Source: Callorhinchus milii
Lineage: Eukaryota
Direction: 5' to 3'
DNA length: 64,000 nucleotides
Assembly: GCF_018977255.1 (NCBI RefSeq)
Contig: NW_024704742.1
Coordinates: forward strand, 76,262,001 to 76,326,000
The position numbers were made by a program, and so were the translations under genes. Below, in pieces: positions 28,451 through 41,999 of this stretch. Positions within the stretch are counted from its first letter, which is position 1, and the number at the start of each line of letters is the position of its first letter. The notes beneath the pieces are model-generated. The model was not told the origin of the DNA, did no database searches, and saw nothing but the letters and a program-made list of their open reading frames with translations.

Positions 28451-29259
28451 TTTGTCATATTGTTCTATTTTTTCATATTGTTCCTCTTTACAAATGTTAA
28501 TACAATTCTCTTTGTAATGTTCTTATAATCTGAGTTTGTGACATAGGATTCAATATTCTAAAACCTCTATGGATGAAACACCAACAATAACAAATTGCAT
28601 TTATATAGTGCCTTTCATGTCAGGAGGACATCCCAAGGCGAAAAAGTGTCTCAGCTTTCTTCTTAACTCTTCCAGTGTCTATCCGGAACTGATACCCCCT
28701 TATTACCTAACCAGTCACCAAACAGCCGGAATCATCTTCCACTACTTATAATTCTTTCACTTGATATAGTGCCTAATGTTGTTGACATCTCAAAGTGCTT
28801 CGCAGTATACACTGTAAAGTGGTGTGACTGTGTATTGCAAAATTTTGAAGACCTCCTGTGGATTCCCTCTAAATATTCCCTGTTCTTGTGTAAAATTCTA
28901 TGGGAATTAATCTCCTAATGCTAGGACAAATCTCAGCATTTCAAGCTTGTAGTGTAAAATGAAACCGGTTTGATATATGGGGTAATAATAATGAGATTAA
29001 CCTTGTCAGTTGAGACATTCCTACGGACTTACCTTAACGCGTGGCTGAATCAAAACCTCAAACCTTGCTCCATGACTTGTTTTTTTCAGCCAAACCACAA
29101 CTTGTGGCTGGAGATTGAGATGGAGAAAGATTTCATGTATATAGAGAGAGAAGGTCAAGATAGGGCAACTTCAATAAATAACAAAGAATACAATGAGATG
29201 TGGCAAGAGCAGTAAAAAGAGACAATGTGCCAATCTGATATAATATAACGTATTATATA

Positions 29260-29900
29260 AGGGGTGTTCATATGAATGCAAGTATAAGGAACAAAATGCG
29301 TGAGCCAGGAATGTTGGCAAATAGGGAAGAAGTCAACATTGTGGGAATAAATTAAATTTAGTTCAGAAGCAATGAATTTACCTGTTGGGAAATGAGTGTT
29401 TTAGACAGGACAAAGATTAGGGTTAAGGGGTGGCAATATATATTAGGGAGGGATTAAATATAACTGATGTTGAAAGTGAATCTGGGCCTTTTTGGTTAGA
29501 AATAAAGCAGAGACTTTATTGATAGAAATATGCTAGAGGGTGCCCAACCATCAGAGGAGGCAGATGTATTGCTTTGCGATATCATAACAATAGTAAATCC
29601 CAGGGCTTCAAAGTAGGGAATTAATTTTCCTCAATATAAGTTGGAATTTACAATGCAGACAGTCCGCACTTGAATGATTTTTTGACTTATAAATACACAG
29701 TCGCTACACTTTACAGTAAATACTGTGAAGCATATTGATAAATTTTGATGACGTGGTAAGGCACTATATCTAATGCAAAGGTTATTATTATTTTATTATT
29801 TACCATTATTATAACAGTTTATTGCAATTGTGCAGGATTCATTTCTAAAACATGCAAATGAACCAAAACGACAACGGCAACTGGATCTGTTTTTAATTGA
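29260..29900 (+). mobile_element. Highly degenerate CR1 endonuclease fragment, interrupted by a SINE tail
   Basis: AATGCAAGTATAAGGAACAAA (NA.SIRNK-like), DR...GG.VA-like and EP.R...LDL-like remnants. Confidence 0.5.
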
Positions 29901-30160
29901 CAATGAAGAATCCTTTCCTTTCACTGCTTAGCAAAATGTAATAGTTGAGGGCAAATAACCCTAGATTACTTGCAGAGATCTCCTTTCAGACATCTTGGAA
30001 AATTCATCAGCTGAGCTCTGGAACTCTGTCTTTGCCTCCTTCAAGAACTGATGTGTGATGTAGGAGGCTGAAAGAAATCATTGGACAAAATTTAAACTTC
30101 TTAACAAATCTGATTTTATGATGATCCTGATGACATATTCTAGTTTGTAATGCAGTTACG

Positions 30161-31157
30161 GTGATGTATGCGGATGACACCCAACTCTACCTTTCCTCCT
30201 CTACCCTCAACTCTACCACCACCGATGTCCTGACAGCCTGCCTGTCCGACATCGAGTCCTGGACGAGAGACAACTTTCTTCAGCTCAATGTGCGCAAAAC
30301 TGAGGTCCTCCTGATTGGCTCACGTCAGCGCCTCCGCACCTCAGGCGCTGACACCATCAGCATCCAAGGCTGCACTCTCCACCTCTCAAAGCCACTCAGG
30401 AACCTCGGGGTTCTGTTCGACCCTGAGCTGTCCTTTCTCCCTCACATCCGCACCACAACTGGCACCGCCTTCCATCACCTCCGGAATATCGCCAGATGAT
30501 GGCACTACCTCACCCCTCACGCTGCTGAAACTCTGGTCCACGACTTTATCACCTCAAGGCTGGACTATGGGAACTCTCTCCTCGTCGGCCTTCCCGCCAC
30601 CTCCCTCCACAAGCTGCAGGTCATTCAGAACTCTGCAGCTCGTGTACTGTCCCGCACCAGGCTTCGCGACCACATCACTCCCACCCTCGCTCGCCTCCAC
30701 TGGCTCTCCATCCCCCAGAGGATCGAATTCAAGATCCTCATCCTCACCTACAAGGCCATTCACGGCCTTGCTCCCTCCTACCTCTCCAACCTACTATCCC
30801 CCTACCTACCTGCCCGTACCCTCCGTTCCTCTGGCTCCAGTCTGCTCCACATCCCCCGCCCCAACCGCCCTACCATTGATGGCCGGGCCTTCAGCCTCTC
30901 AGCCCCTAGGCTCTGGAACTCCATCCCCCAGTGCCTTCGCCGCCTCCTCCCTTTCCTCCTTCAAGGCTGGCCTCAAAACCTTTATCTTCAACCGTGCCTT
31001 CAGCTCCCCTCTCGACTCTCTACCCCCTCCTCCCTCCCTTTCCTCCCCTCACCCTGACCATTTCCCCCCTGCTCGGGTCCCGACCCAACTGTTCAGCGCC
31101 TTGGGATGTCCTCCCGACGTGAAAGGCGCTCTATAAATGAAATCTTGTTGTTGTTGT
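30161..31157 (+). mobile_element. 5'-truncated L2 LINE, young subfamily
   Basis: YADDTQLY through to an intact tail, with one in-frame stop at about 30497. Closely similar to the copy at 52531-53570. Confidence 0.93.
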
Positions 31158-32986
31158 ATTGTGGTAGAACACAAAAATCTGCTCAGTTGTTTCAATGAGA
31201 GAAAAGCCTATTCAAGAAGGATTACTTAGATCGTAAGTTCACCTACAAATACACAATATACACTACATTTTACAGTAAGTCTGCATTTGATATAGTGCCT
31301 TATCGTGTTGAGATGTCTCAAACGTGATAAGGCAATATATCAAATGCAAGGATTATTATTGTATTATCATTAAATGCTGATGGAGGACAAAAGATGAGGG
31401 TGGATAACTTGCTGCAGCTGTTCAATGTAATGCCTCATGACAGTTAGTCAGTTGACGTCCATACTATTGTAAATCTATCTGTACAGGTGTGGACTGCAGG
31501 TGGCATTACCGTGAAGCAATCCCACTGTCGACAGGAGTTGATGTCAGCTTTGTCCCTCCTTCCACCAGAAACTAGATTCTTCATTTTTTAGACAATGATT
31601 ATGATTTCACCACTTTAGATTTTGACATCAGTGTCAAGGAATATAAAAGAATCAGAAACACAACTGGGTTCTGTTTCTAATTTTCCGCATGGTCTCTCAC
31701 AGGTATCTGATTACCCCTTATCTCTGTATCTCTCTTTGTGAAACTTTCCCTATTGCAAAACATGATGAAACACATGAGTACTTTGAGTTCATGTCTTGAG
31801 CTGACTAATTATTTTTATAAACTCACACTTTTTTTGTGAGTTAGAAGTCAACTCGTATTAGCTTTGAGAGGAAAGGCATTGTCCAGTGCAGAGTTGGACC
31901 ATATAGACTGGAAGCTCACAGGTTTGAATGCCAGTCGGTGCTGAGTTAGTTGATGTTGGTGACTCAAGCAACTGAAGTGCTAACAATTGATCTCAGCAAC
32001 CTGAATTAGGGTATCAGCCAGGCTTGTATCTCTTGACCGTTGTCCATATAGCCCTTTTTGGAAAGATACTCCTTTTTGCAAAGTGTCCTTGTGTGCACAT
32101 TGGGTTAAAAACCTCACCTGAAATGCTCCCTGAGCTTGCCAAAAGTATAGTTTGCTTGAGATAGTGAATGTTGAATAATGGATTAATTTGTACTTTGTGT
32201 ATTTTTGAAAAGGTATCTGGGTGCCTCCAATACCCCCTGAAAAAACAATCTCTTGAGCATGGCTTTGGTCAGCATCCCTAAACTTTCCTTTCCTACTTGC
32301 TCGATGATCCCCATCATTTCTGAAAAGCATTTTGAGACATTCCTCCTTCTATATAAGTGTAAGTTGGAGCTCTTCAGTGCATGCCTCCCTTGTGATACAA
32401 TCCAGAATTGCTGTTATCCCGTAGGTGGTGCTTTCCTCTTTTCTCTTTGTAGGAACCTAAGAATTTACGGGGCTGAAAAAGTGTTAGTGTTAATATATGA
32501 GATTTCCATATAGGAAACACACCAATAGTAATAATAATAACACTAAAGTGTATGTGGAAAGAGCAGGGGAATGGGGTTTGTCTAACAACAACAACAACTT
32601 GCACTTATATAGAGCCCTCCACGCAGGGTAGCATCTCAGAGTGCTTAACAGTGGGGGAGTAGGTCTCTAGTGGGAGATCTGACACCAGCACAGACATCAT
32701 GTTTGGTTGGCATCCTTCTTTGCTGTAAACTTTCCATAGTTTCTTTGACTATGACCACTGAGTGTATTTGTACGTTGCTCAATTGACCGTATTTTAACTT
32801 TCTATTAATCTTTTTTTACCTACAGCTCAGGCAACCCAGTTTGACTTTCCCTTCATTCATAGTCTTTGAGGTCAATTTCACTTCCCCTCCACAAGTGTAA
32901 AAGTACAGAATGAATGAATGGAGCAGCTCGCCAGAGATCATTGCACTGAGCTTCTGTAGTGACATTGAATTATTGATTTGTTCCAG

Positions 32987-33112
32987 GGATTCCAAAACTG
33001 ATCACTGCAGATATGGTGAAAGATGGAACAGTCGTGATCGATGTTGGAATTAACCGCATTCAGGATCCTGTAACAGGGAAGATGAAATTAGTAGGAGATG
33101 TGGACTTTGAAG
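32987..33112 (+). CDS. MTHFD2L: MTHFD2L internal coding exon (equivalent to exon 7)
   Basis: ttccag|GG...GAAG|gtaact, 126 bp, phase 1-1. Encodes (G)[41 protein letters not shown], with the DVGIN and GDVDF family motifs. Confidence 0.95.
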
Positions 33113-33717
33113 GTAACTGAGTATGTGTTCAATATGATTAAACTAACCTGACAGTCATCATGCCAATCAACTTCCTGCAACTTTCATCAAAGAAGGTGCA
33201 TTGAACAAATTATTTTTTATTGCATGTAGTGAAAGGAGCAGTGTTCGTCAATGACATGAAGCAAATGTCAGAACAACATTTCTCCACTTGTCTTTCCTAC
33301 AGGAGGAATAAATCGGCTACACTTTCATCTCTTTCATACCTTGCTCAAGTATCCATCCTTCATCTATGAGCCTATCATAGCTAAACCCAATTCCAATTCC
33401 ATGCTCACTTGACAGCCATGTACACGTGTCTTCCAGAGGCCATGATGGTGATCAGAAACAAGATCGCTGGCTGATTTTTCTCTCCTAAGACTAGGAAAGC
33501 TGATGCAAATATTAGTTCTCTTTCTGAGATTAACAAATTCAACACAGAGAGGGACGGGAATCTGTGACCTTCCAGACAGTACCTTTATCCAACAAGCCAT
33601 CTGAGAAGTTGGCAGACATTCTGAAGATTGCTTTATTCCCCCCCAACTCTTCACCAATACTTTCTCCCACCATAGATGATGTATGTCTGGTTGGGATGAA
33701 ACAACTTTGGTTAGAAT

Positions 33718-34088
33718 CATAGAATATTATAGCACAGAAGGATTCAGCCCATTATGCCTGTGCCGGCTCATTGAAAGAGCTATCCAATTAGTCCCACTCC
33801 TCGCTCTTTTCTTTTGAAAATTTCTATTGGATCTGCTTCTACTGCCTTTCAGGCAGTGAATTCCAGATGCTAATAACTTGCTAGGTAAAATAAAATCTCC
33901 TTCTCTCCTATCTTTTTTTTTCAATTATCTTAAATCCGTGTCCTCTGGTCACTGACCCGCCTGCCAGTGGAAACAGTGTCTCCTTATTTACTCTATCAAA
34001 ACCCCTGATAATTTTGAACACCTCCATTAAATCTCCCCTTAACCTTCGCTGCTCTAAGGAGAGCAATCCCACCTTCTCTAATCTCTCT
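33718..34088 (-). mobile_element. CR1 3' end fragment
   Basis: TAGAATCATAGAA tail plus TTAAATCTCCCCTTAACCTT and TTTCAGGCAGTGAATTCCAGA, typical CR1 ORF2 end and 3' UTR. Confidence 0.75.
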
Positions 34089-37000
34089 GATTGTTGTCAG
34101 TTCTCAAATTGTTTAGATACAAAGTTTAAAATATTTATCAAAAGTTTGGAACGAGATATTATAGTGATTGAGGTACAGCTGAATTCATTTTTAATTCTGA
34201 AAGATAAAAGAAATGCAAAGGCCTCCTTTCTTGTGTCAGGAAAGGAACTGGGAATTGAAAACCCCAAATTTCTCCATATCCCTGTAAAGGGCCACAAACA
34301 CACCCACTGGTTTGAGGCTGTCACTATTTGCACCCATTACCCAGTAAGTGTGGCTCCTTTTTAATTATACTGAACAACTTTTGGAGGAAAGAAAATACTT
34401 GCAATATAAAGCACCTTATCACTGAAAACATCTTAAAGCACTTCATGTGTAATAACTGTCAAACATGGTGACTGATTTTGTAGGAAGCATTTTCTTTAGG
34501 CTTAAACATGCCAAATCCATCAAACCAGGACTGAAAAGAATGAAGAAAGTAGCAGTAGAAAGTTCCACCCTGCTCCTTGACATCACAAAAAGCGCCCATG
34601 CTTTTGAAAATAATGCTTTTATTAAGAACAAATACAAGCAGAACAAATGGGGATTTTTTAAAAAGTGCCAAACCGTTCTTCATGTTCATACATATTCGTT
34701 ACATACTTAAGCAATATATTTTTCTATGACTCAATAAGCGTTTTACTTATCCAGATGCAAACTGCACATGTTCAGCAGTTTGATCTGGGACAAGGCAAAA
34801 ATTGAATGTTTAATTTCCTTGCAACAGAAAACACGTTAACTGATACATTACAGCAGGTCAAGATTGCTATCTGGCGATTGACAGACTTGATGAACTGCAA
34901 TGATAATGGAATGTTCTGGGCACTCCCCTCTTACATCTCTGACCTGCTGACCACCATCAACCTGTCCGCTCCCTCTGCTCAGTGGGCTCTGGCCTGCTCC
35001 AGGTCTCCAGCCCGACCTGCCCTACCATTGGCGGCCGAGCTTTTAGCCTCTCTGCCCCTACTCTTTGAAACTCCATCCCACAATCTCTTTGCCTTGCTTC
35101 CTCTCTTGCCTCCTTCAAGGCATGACTCAAGACACTCCCTTTTGACTGTGCCTTCAGCAATGTGAATATATTGTGAAGTGAATTGACTGTATATTTTTGG
35201 GGGAAACTTGGCAGCCAATTGCGCACAGCAGTGTCCCACAAACAGTCGCGGCTTTAGTGACCAATTTTTTTTTGTGAAGGAATTATTACCCCGGAAAAGC
35301 GATCCACCAATCGACTAACAACCGGCTTCCTCCTTACTGCCTGGTAAACAGAGGCATGATTCGATGCATCCATCTTGATGCCCTGGTTGGTTGCATTATC
35401 GCCTATGAGGGTTGTGGGTTCATGTCCCACCTTGAGGCTTCAAGCTCATGTACTCTCAGCTGATACTCCAAAGCAGTACTGGGGGTATACTGCATGTTGG
35501 CAGTGCCGTCCTTTGGATGAGAAGTTAAACCGAGTCCCGTTTGCCCGTTCAGTTGGACGTAAAAGATCTTTATTGCACTACTTGAAAAGAGAAGGGAGGT
35601 AAACACGCCAACAAACCATCAAATAAAATTGGTCATTCACCTCTTGGCTGTTTGTGGGTCATTGCTGTGCAACTTGGCTGCTGCATTTGCCTGCAACACA
35701 CAGTCACTCCACTTTACAGTGTATCTTGTGAAGCGATTTGAGAAGTTCTACTGGTGTGAAAGGCACTGTAACAAATTTAATAATAACAATAATAATCCTT
35801 GCAATTTGATATAGAGCCTTATCACGTCTTTGAGATGTCTCAAAGCACTTCATGGAATATACTGTAAAGTGAATTGACTATATTTTGTGGGCAAAATGCA
35901 TTAAAGATTATAATTATTATTAAGGCTTCTGACTTGTCATTCTAGGTGAAATAATGAAAGTCCTTGCATTTCATATGACACTTTTCATGTCAGGAGGACA
36001 TTTCAAAGCACTTCACAAGATTTACTGTAAAGGTTTAGTGACTGTGATTTTGTAGGCTCAGAGGTGGAATGTGTCATAATTATGTCAAAATGAATAGAAG
36101 CCTCACATGCAGAAGTGGAGAAAAGCTGAGAACTGCAGCACCAGGTTTGGGATCGTCTTCTAAACTCCTGCCCTCAGAAAACAAAGAAATCAGCCAACTC
36201 AGCCCCTTCCCTGATACACGTCACTGGAGCAACCTTGTCCAGGCAAAGGTGGGCCTCAGGGAGTGTCTTCAGGAAAGAAGCTGTCACTTCATATGCAGAA
36301 ATATCTACAAGAACATTATTTTATGTTTTAGAGTATTTGTTTTCAACAAAATGCATTCTCTGTAGATTTTATATCCCCTTTAACTCTCTTAATTGTAATT
36401 GTGTGTTTATTAATCTTGTGGTTTTGTTTCTACTATTCTAAACATTTCTGTCTCTGAGTAGAAGATAGTTTCCTAATATTTTTTCTAAATCTACTAATTC
36501 CATTTATGCCCTCTGCTGCTATTTATAATAATTCTTACATTTGGTATAATTCCTTTCACATCGGGAGAATGTCTTACAGCACTTCAAAGGATATTCTGCA
36601 AAATGCAATTGTAAAGTGAATAACCTGATGGAAATCCTGTGTATGTCACATCACAAATGTGGGCAACTGTAAGGATTTGGGTGACATAATTTCCAGCAGA
36701 GACTCACTTCATATCTCAAGGTCTTTCTCTGATACGAAGCACCATTGTTGCTGCCATTTTCGCTACGATTTGTGCAATAAAGACGTCCCAACCTCATAGT
36801 TTAGGTTTTCCCATTTAATATTTTGTATGATGAAGTACTTTCTTTCCAGATTGTAAAGCTCAAGTTAGCGTAGTCTTCAACGTTTGTTCTCTTTACACTA
36901 AGGATCAATTTCATTTCTCATTCCAGTATTCTCTCCAATGTGAGTGCACTAAAACCCTGGCCAGCAGGACCAAAGCAGGGCTGGGGGGGTTCGAGAGACG

Positions 37001-37285
37001 GACCAGTGTCCTGGAATTTCCGGCTAAGTGTAATTGCAATGCAGGTACCAACATTTATTGGCTTTTTCAGTGCTGAAAACTGCTGGTAAACGCTGGTAAT
37101 GGCATTGGAGTTGTTTGAATCCCACCAACAGAAGATAACAAAAAAGCTGTTTTCTGTTCATGGGATTCAAACTGAGTCGAAGTTGATCCCTGGCCATTGA
37201 AGGCCAGCAAGCACAGTGACCTGTGTGTATGTGTATTCTACTGTTATGCCTATATAACCAAGTATTCTGTTAGCCTTTTGAATTG

Positions 37286-38040
37286 CTTCCACATGTATGA
37301 TGACACCCAACTCTATCTCGCCACCTCCACTCTCGACTCCAGAACCATTAATGTTCTGACTAATTGTCTGTCTGACATCAAATCCTGGACAAGAGCCAAA
37401 TTCCTCCAGCTCAATGTTGGGAAGACAGAGGCCTCCTGCATGGCTCCCGGCAGTGCCTCCTCACCTCAGCCGCTGACACTATCACCATTCATGGCTGCAC
37501 TCTTCACCTCACCGAGCCAATCTGAAACCTTGGTGTCCTTTTCGACCCTCAGCTATCCTTCTAACCTCACAGTCGTGCCGTGACCCGTTCCGCCTTTTTT
37601 TGCCTGGCTTCAATCCTACCTTTCCCACTTCATTCTTACCTTCAAGTCCCTCCACGGTCTTGCTCCCTCCACCTCTCTGACCTCGTAACCCCATATCAGC
37701 CTGTCCGCTCCCTCCGCTCGGCGGACACCGGCCTGCTTCAGGTCCCCCGCACTTCACACCCCACCATTGTTGGTCGGGCATTCAGCATCTCTGTCCCCAC
37801 ACTCTGCAACTCTATCCCACAATCCCTCTGCCTCACCCCCTCTCTTGCCTCCTTCAAGACCTTCTGAAGACCTTCCTTCGACCGTGCCTTTGGCCACTCT
37901 CCCACCCCCCACCCCACCACGGCCCTCCACCCCTCCTGACCCCAACTCCCAGCTTGGGTCCAAAAAACCCTGACTGACCAGCACCATAGGACGTCTTTCT
38001 GACGTGAAGGGCGCAATACAAGTGTAATTTGTTGTTGTTG
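37286..38040 (+). mobile_element. Rearranged L2 fragment
   Basis: HMYDDTQLY...LQLNVGKTE, then the L2 C-terminus and tail; internal order is non-colinear (see findings). Confidence 0.88.
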
Positions 38041-38804
38041 CTTTACCACAATGCAGTGGTGTTATTCCAGTGCCCCTTTCTAAGTCTCCCTGCTGATTAA
38101 TTTCAGTTGACTTCTTATGTCCCACATATGTTTCTACTCAGGTGCAATATTTCACATTTAGCAGTGTTATATTTAATTTGCAACTGCCCAAATGCATAAC
38201 TAATCTAATTCCTCTTTCCTCTTTGTCTTCACCTCACCCCATATTGTTATATTTTCAATAAATGTGATCATCTTACAATCGGTTTCGATATCCAGATAAT
38301 TAATGTAATTTAAATACAATGAAGCGTCATTGACCTAAAAAGTTAACTAATTTTCCTCTCGCCTTGGATGCTGCCTGACGCTGCGTGTTCCAAGCGACTT
38401 CTGTGTTTATACCAGATTTCCAGCATCTACAGTACTTTGTCTTTTACTTTACAGTATATTCTGTGAAGTGCTTTGAAATGTCTCGAAGATGTGATAAGGC
38501 GCTATGTGAAATGCAAGGATTATTATTATAATTATCAACATGCCCCTCAAGCCTGATGTGAGATACCCCCAACTGCACAATAAAGTGAACCCAGGTTATG
38601 TCACATTCCACTGACTGGTTCCTCTACGGTATTATTACTGTTAATTCATATAACTGGAAACTGTCAAGGACTTACTGAATCAGATGTGACTGAAGTGCTT
38701 CATTGTAGCCCCCCTACACCCCCACTCTCATTACACACACAATTTTACAACTGGACGAAAACTGTAGCTAACAATGAAATCCTAAGAGGATGCAATTGTT
38801 ACTT

Positions 38805-39206
38805 TTAAAGTCCTCCAAGGTCTTGTTCCTCCCGACCTCCGCGACCTGCTAAAACGTTCTCAACTTGCCCACTTCCTCTGCTCAGTGGGCAATGGCCTGC
38901 TCCATGTCTCCTGCCCTTCTCCATGTCCCCTGCCCTGCTCACTCCACCATTGGGCAGTTTGGCCTTCAGCCTTTCTGCCCCTCCACTCTCTGGAATTCCA
39001 TCCTGGAGCTTACCTGCCTCGCCCAGTCCTTTGCCTCCGTGCAAGATCTTCCTCTTTGCCCGTGCCTTCGGTCATTCTTGCACCCCCATTGCCCCCCACG
39101 CCTCTTGACTCCAACCTCCAGCTCGGGTGCAACCCCTTTATTGTTCAGTGTTCTGGGATGTCCTCCGGATGTGAAAGGTGCTATATAAGAGCCATTTGTT
39201 ATTGTT
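38805..39206 (+). mobile_element. L2 3' fragment
   Basis: Degenerate L2 C-terminus (PSTLWNSI) plus the GGGATGTCCTCC...GTGAAAGGTGCTATA tail. Confidence 0.8.
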
Positions 39207-41202
39207 GGAACCAAATCCTGGGAACATAAACTCCGTTTATATAATGTGTTTCACTTGAGAAGTGATTGTACATAATTAAGCTCAAATTAAAGGTTTTGGT
39301 AATAAAAGGGAAATTAATTTTAAAAACACATCTTTAAATATCAATTCTGGAAGGAAAAAAAAGTTTTATACCTCTCGATAGTCATTTTCATATATTGACA
39401 TTTTATTCTGCATCTTTTTGTTTTTTGTGTGTGTGTGAGACCCTGCTCTGAATCTGAGGCAAATAACTGGGAGTGTTTGATACATTAGTGCATTCTGCAT
39501 GCTCCCTGCCTTACCCACTGGAAATTAGCCCTTCGGCTAAGTCTGTTTTTCTCAACGCACCCTGTAGTTACTGTTCTGAAGTTCAGACGTTCACAGTTTG
39601 TGTAATAACTCAACAAACGAAAAGCAGATAATTTTAGGCAGGTCAGTCTGTATTATCTTCTGATCCTCCCAAACTGGTTCTGAACACTGCTCCTCCTGTT
39701 ATGTTTTACGTTAAACTCAATCAGTACATTCCATTCATTGGAACCAAAGCAGATCAACCAACCAACTCATCTAATATATATAGAATTTACATAACCATAA
39801 GGGGCGAGATGGAGGCAAATTAATGTAGGCGGCTACTTAATCCAGAGTCTGAGTGCCGTTTGCTCATCCATCATAATTCCAATTCCCTGTTCTTTCAAAG
39901 TGGCTATTTAATACGAATAAGGTGTTGATTGGCAACCAGCACACATGGAACCGTACCTAAGTAGAAGGGAAGTTGAGTCAAAAATCTTAAAGAGAGGAGA
40001 GGACAAAAGAAAAATGGAGTAGAAAATTAGCAGATTATTTTTAATACAAAGATCAAAGGATGGTAAAACTACATTGTTTTAATTTACATTGATTTAGCTC
40101 CAAGAAGACCATTTGGCCCAGCAAGTCTGCACTGGCTCTCAGAGCAAGTTGTATGCTCAGTGTCACTGCCTCGCCCTATCTCCATACCTCTTCAAACCTT
40201 TATTTTTAATGAACCCATCTATTTCTCTCTTACTTGTCCAGATAATAAATGCAGCTAATTACATATAGAAACGAATAAACAAATGAGAGATCTCAGTCGG
40301 CCTCCGGTCAGTTTCGGCACTACGCCCCGAAACTTTGGAACTCTCTCTCAATCCCACCAATTTGTCCCCTCCTTCCCCCTTTTCAGATCAAGCCTGAAGA
40401 TCTTCTTCTCTGAGCATTCTTACGATCACCTCCCTGCGTCTGACTTGCTAGTGTTAAGTGCTCCGAGATGTTACCCTGCATGAGGGGTGCTATATGAATG
40501 CAAATTGTCGTCGTTGTTGATACACCATGATCTTACATATTTTAGGAATATTTGCTATAAATTCAAATTATTGGCTGCTATCGTAAATCTTACGCAGCTG
40601 TGGTTAAGGTGTGTATGTCTATCTGTGGTATTAACATTCCTTTTGCCTGTCTAATTGGACCAAATACAACAATATGCAAACAAGGTTTATAACATGTCTG
40701 GTGAGGTATTTATGCATTTGTATATTATATTTTCAGGGATTTTCTAATCTGAAGTTTGCACATTTTGGATATACAGTATTTTATAATGTGTTAACAATTT
40801 ATTATTGATATCCCTGAATTTCTCGATTGGCAACAAAGAAATCATTCACTTTCCACATCATGCTGACAAATAATATTACTGGTTTCCAGATCATAGAGCT
40901 ATCCAGCTGTCCTTAATGTTACCTGTTATCCTCTCCAAAATGTGACTTGACAACTCTCTATGCTACATACAATCATATAGGTGAGACAATATCATGCTCC
41001 ACTTATCTCTATCTCAAAAACCCTCCACCTCACACCCTCTCTCACCTCCGTTTTGGGCTAAATCTGTAAAGTGCTCTGAAATATTTTCCTTCATGAAAGG
41101 TACTATATAAGTGCAAAGGGCTGTTTCCCCTTGGCTCTGAAAGAAAGGCACGCAAAACTTGATGGATAATCAGTAATGCAAATAAAATTTATTTCCCTAC
41201 AG

Positions 41203-41318
41203 AAGTCAAGAGGAAAGCAAGTTATATCACCCCAGTGCCTGGAGGTGTTGGGCCCATGACAGTTGCTATGCTCTTGAAAAACACTCTAATTGCTGCCAAA
41301 AAGTCAGTCACCCACTGA
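41203..41318 (+). CDS. MTHFD2L: MTHFD2L terminal coding exon (equivalent to exon 8) with stop codon
   Basis: ccctacag|AA, phase 1. Encodes (E)[37 protein letters not shown], with the [11 protein letters not shown] signature. The short C-terminus and adjacency to EPGN favour MTHFD2L over MTHFD2. Confidence 0.95.
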
Positions 41319-41999
41319 AGAGCCTGCACCTGGATGGAAATGGAAAAAATCCCAATTTCAGAGTGCATCTTAAGTTCTTATATGAAAAGTTTTTTTGTTA
41401 ACTATATTTTGTTTATATTGGTTGCAATGTCTTATAAGTAAAATGCTTCCTTTTTCATTGCAGTGAAGAATCTATGTTATGGTGGTTTGGAAGAGTATGT
41501 TTACACATATCCCAGCTTGATTTACCAGACTGTTACACTTTTATGCATGTAAAGGTCCAGGATTGCAAACAGTGCTGCACCCCTTCAGTAGACCACACAA
41601 ATAGAGGTTATCCATTGAAAATGCTTTCATCTTTTATATTCAATACATTCAGTAAAATGATTTCATAAAAAAAATGATGGATAGGTGTTTCATCAAGGTT
41701 GCTAAATGGCACTCTGAAAACACAAATGACCTATACCAAACTATGATGCATACATTCCTTTAACAATTTCAACTCCAGCAAGATTGAGGTTCCTGCTCTG
41801 GTATGGTTGCTGACCTCTGATGATGTGCACTTAATAACTGGTGTCACAATTCCTCACACAAGTTCCTGGTCTCAGTGCTCAGTAAGTTTCAAGATGAAGC
41901 ACTTCCTTATATGGAACCAAGAAAGCTTTATCTAGCTCCCAAGGCATTCTCACCCATATCACCCACAAAAAATATTCAGCCTCTCTACAGTGTATCTTG

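Noticed and set aside
30315..31136. Long Ser/Pro-rich ORFs (273 aa here, 270 aa at 52605-53417)
   Set aside because: Alternative frames of C-rich L2 ORF2 sequence, not host genes.
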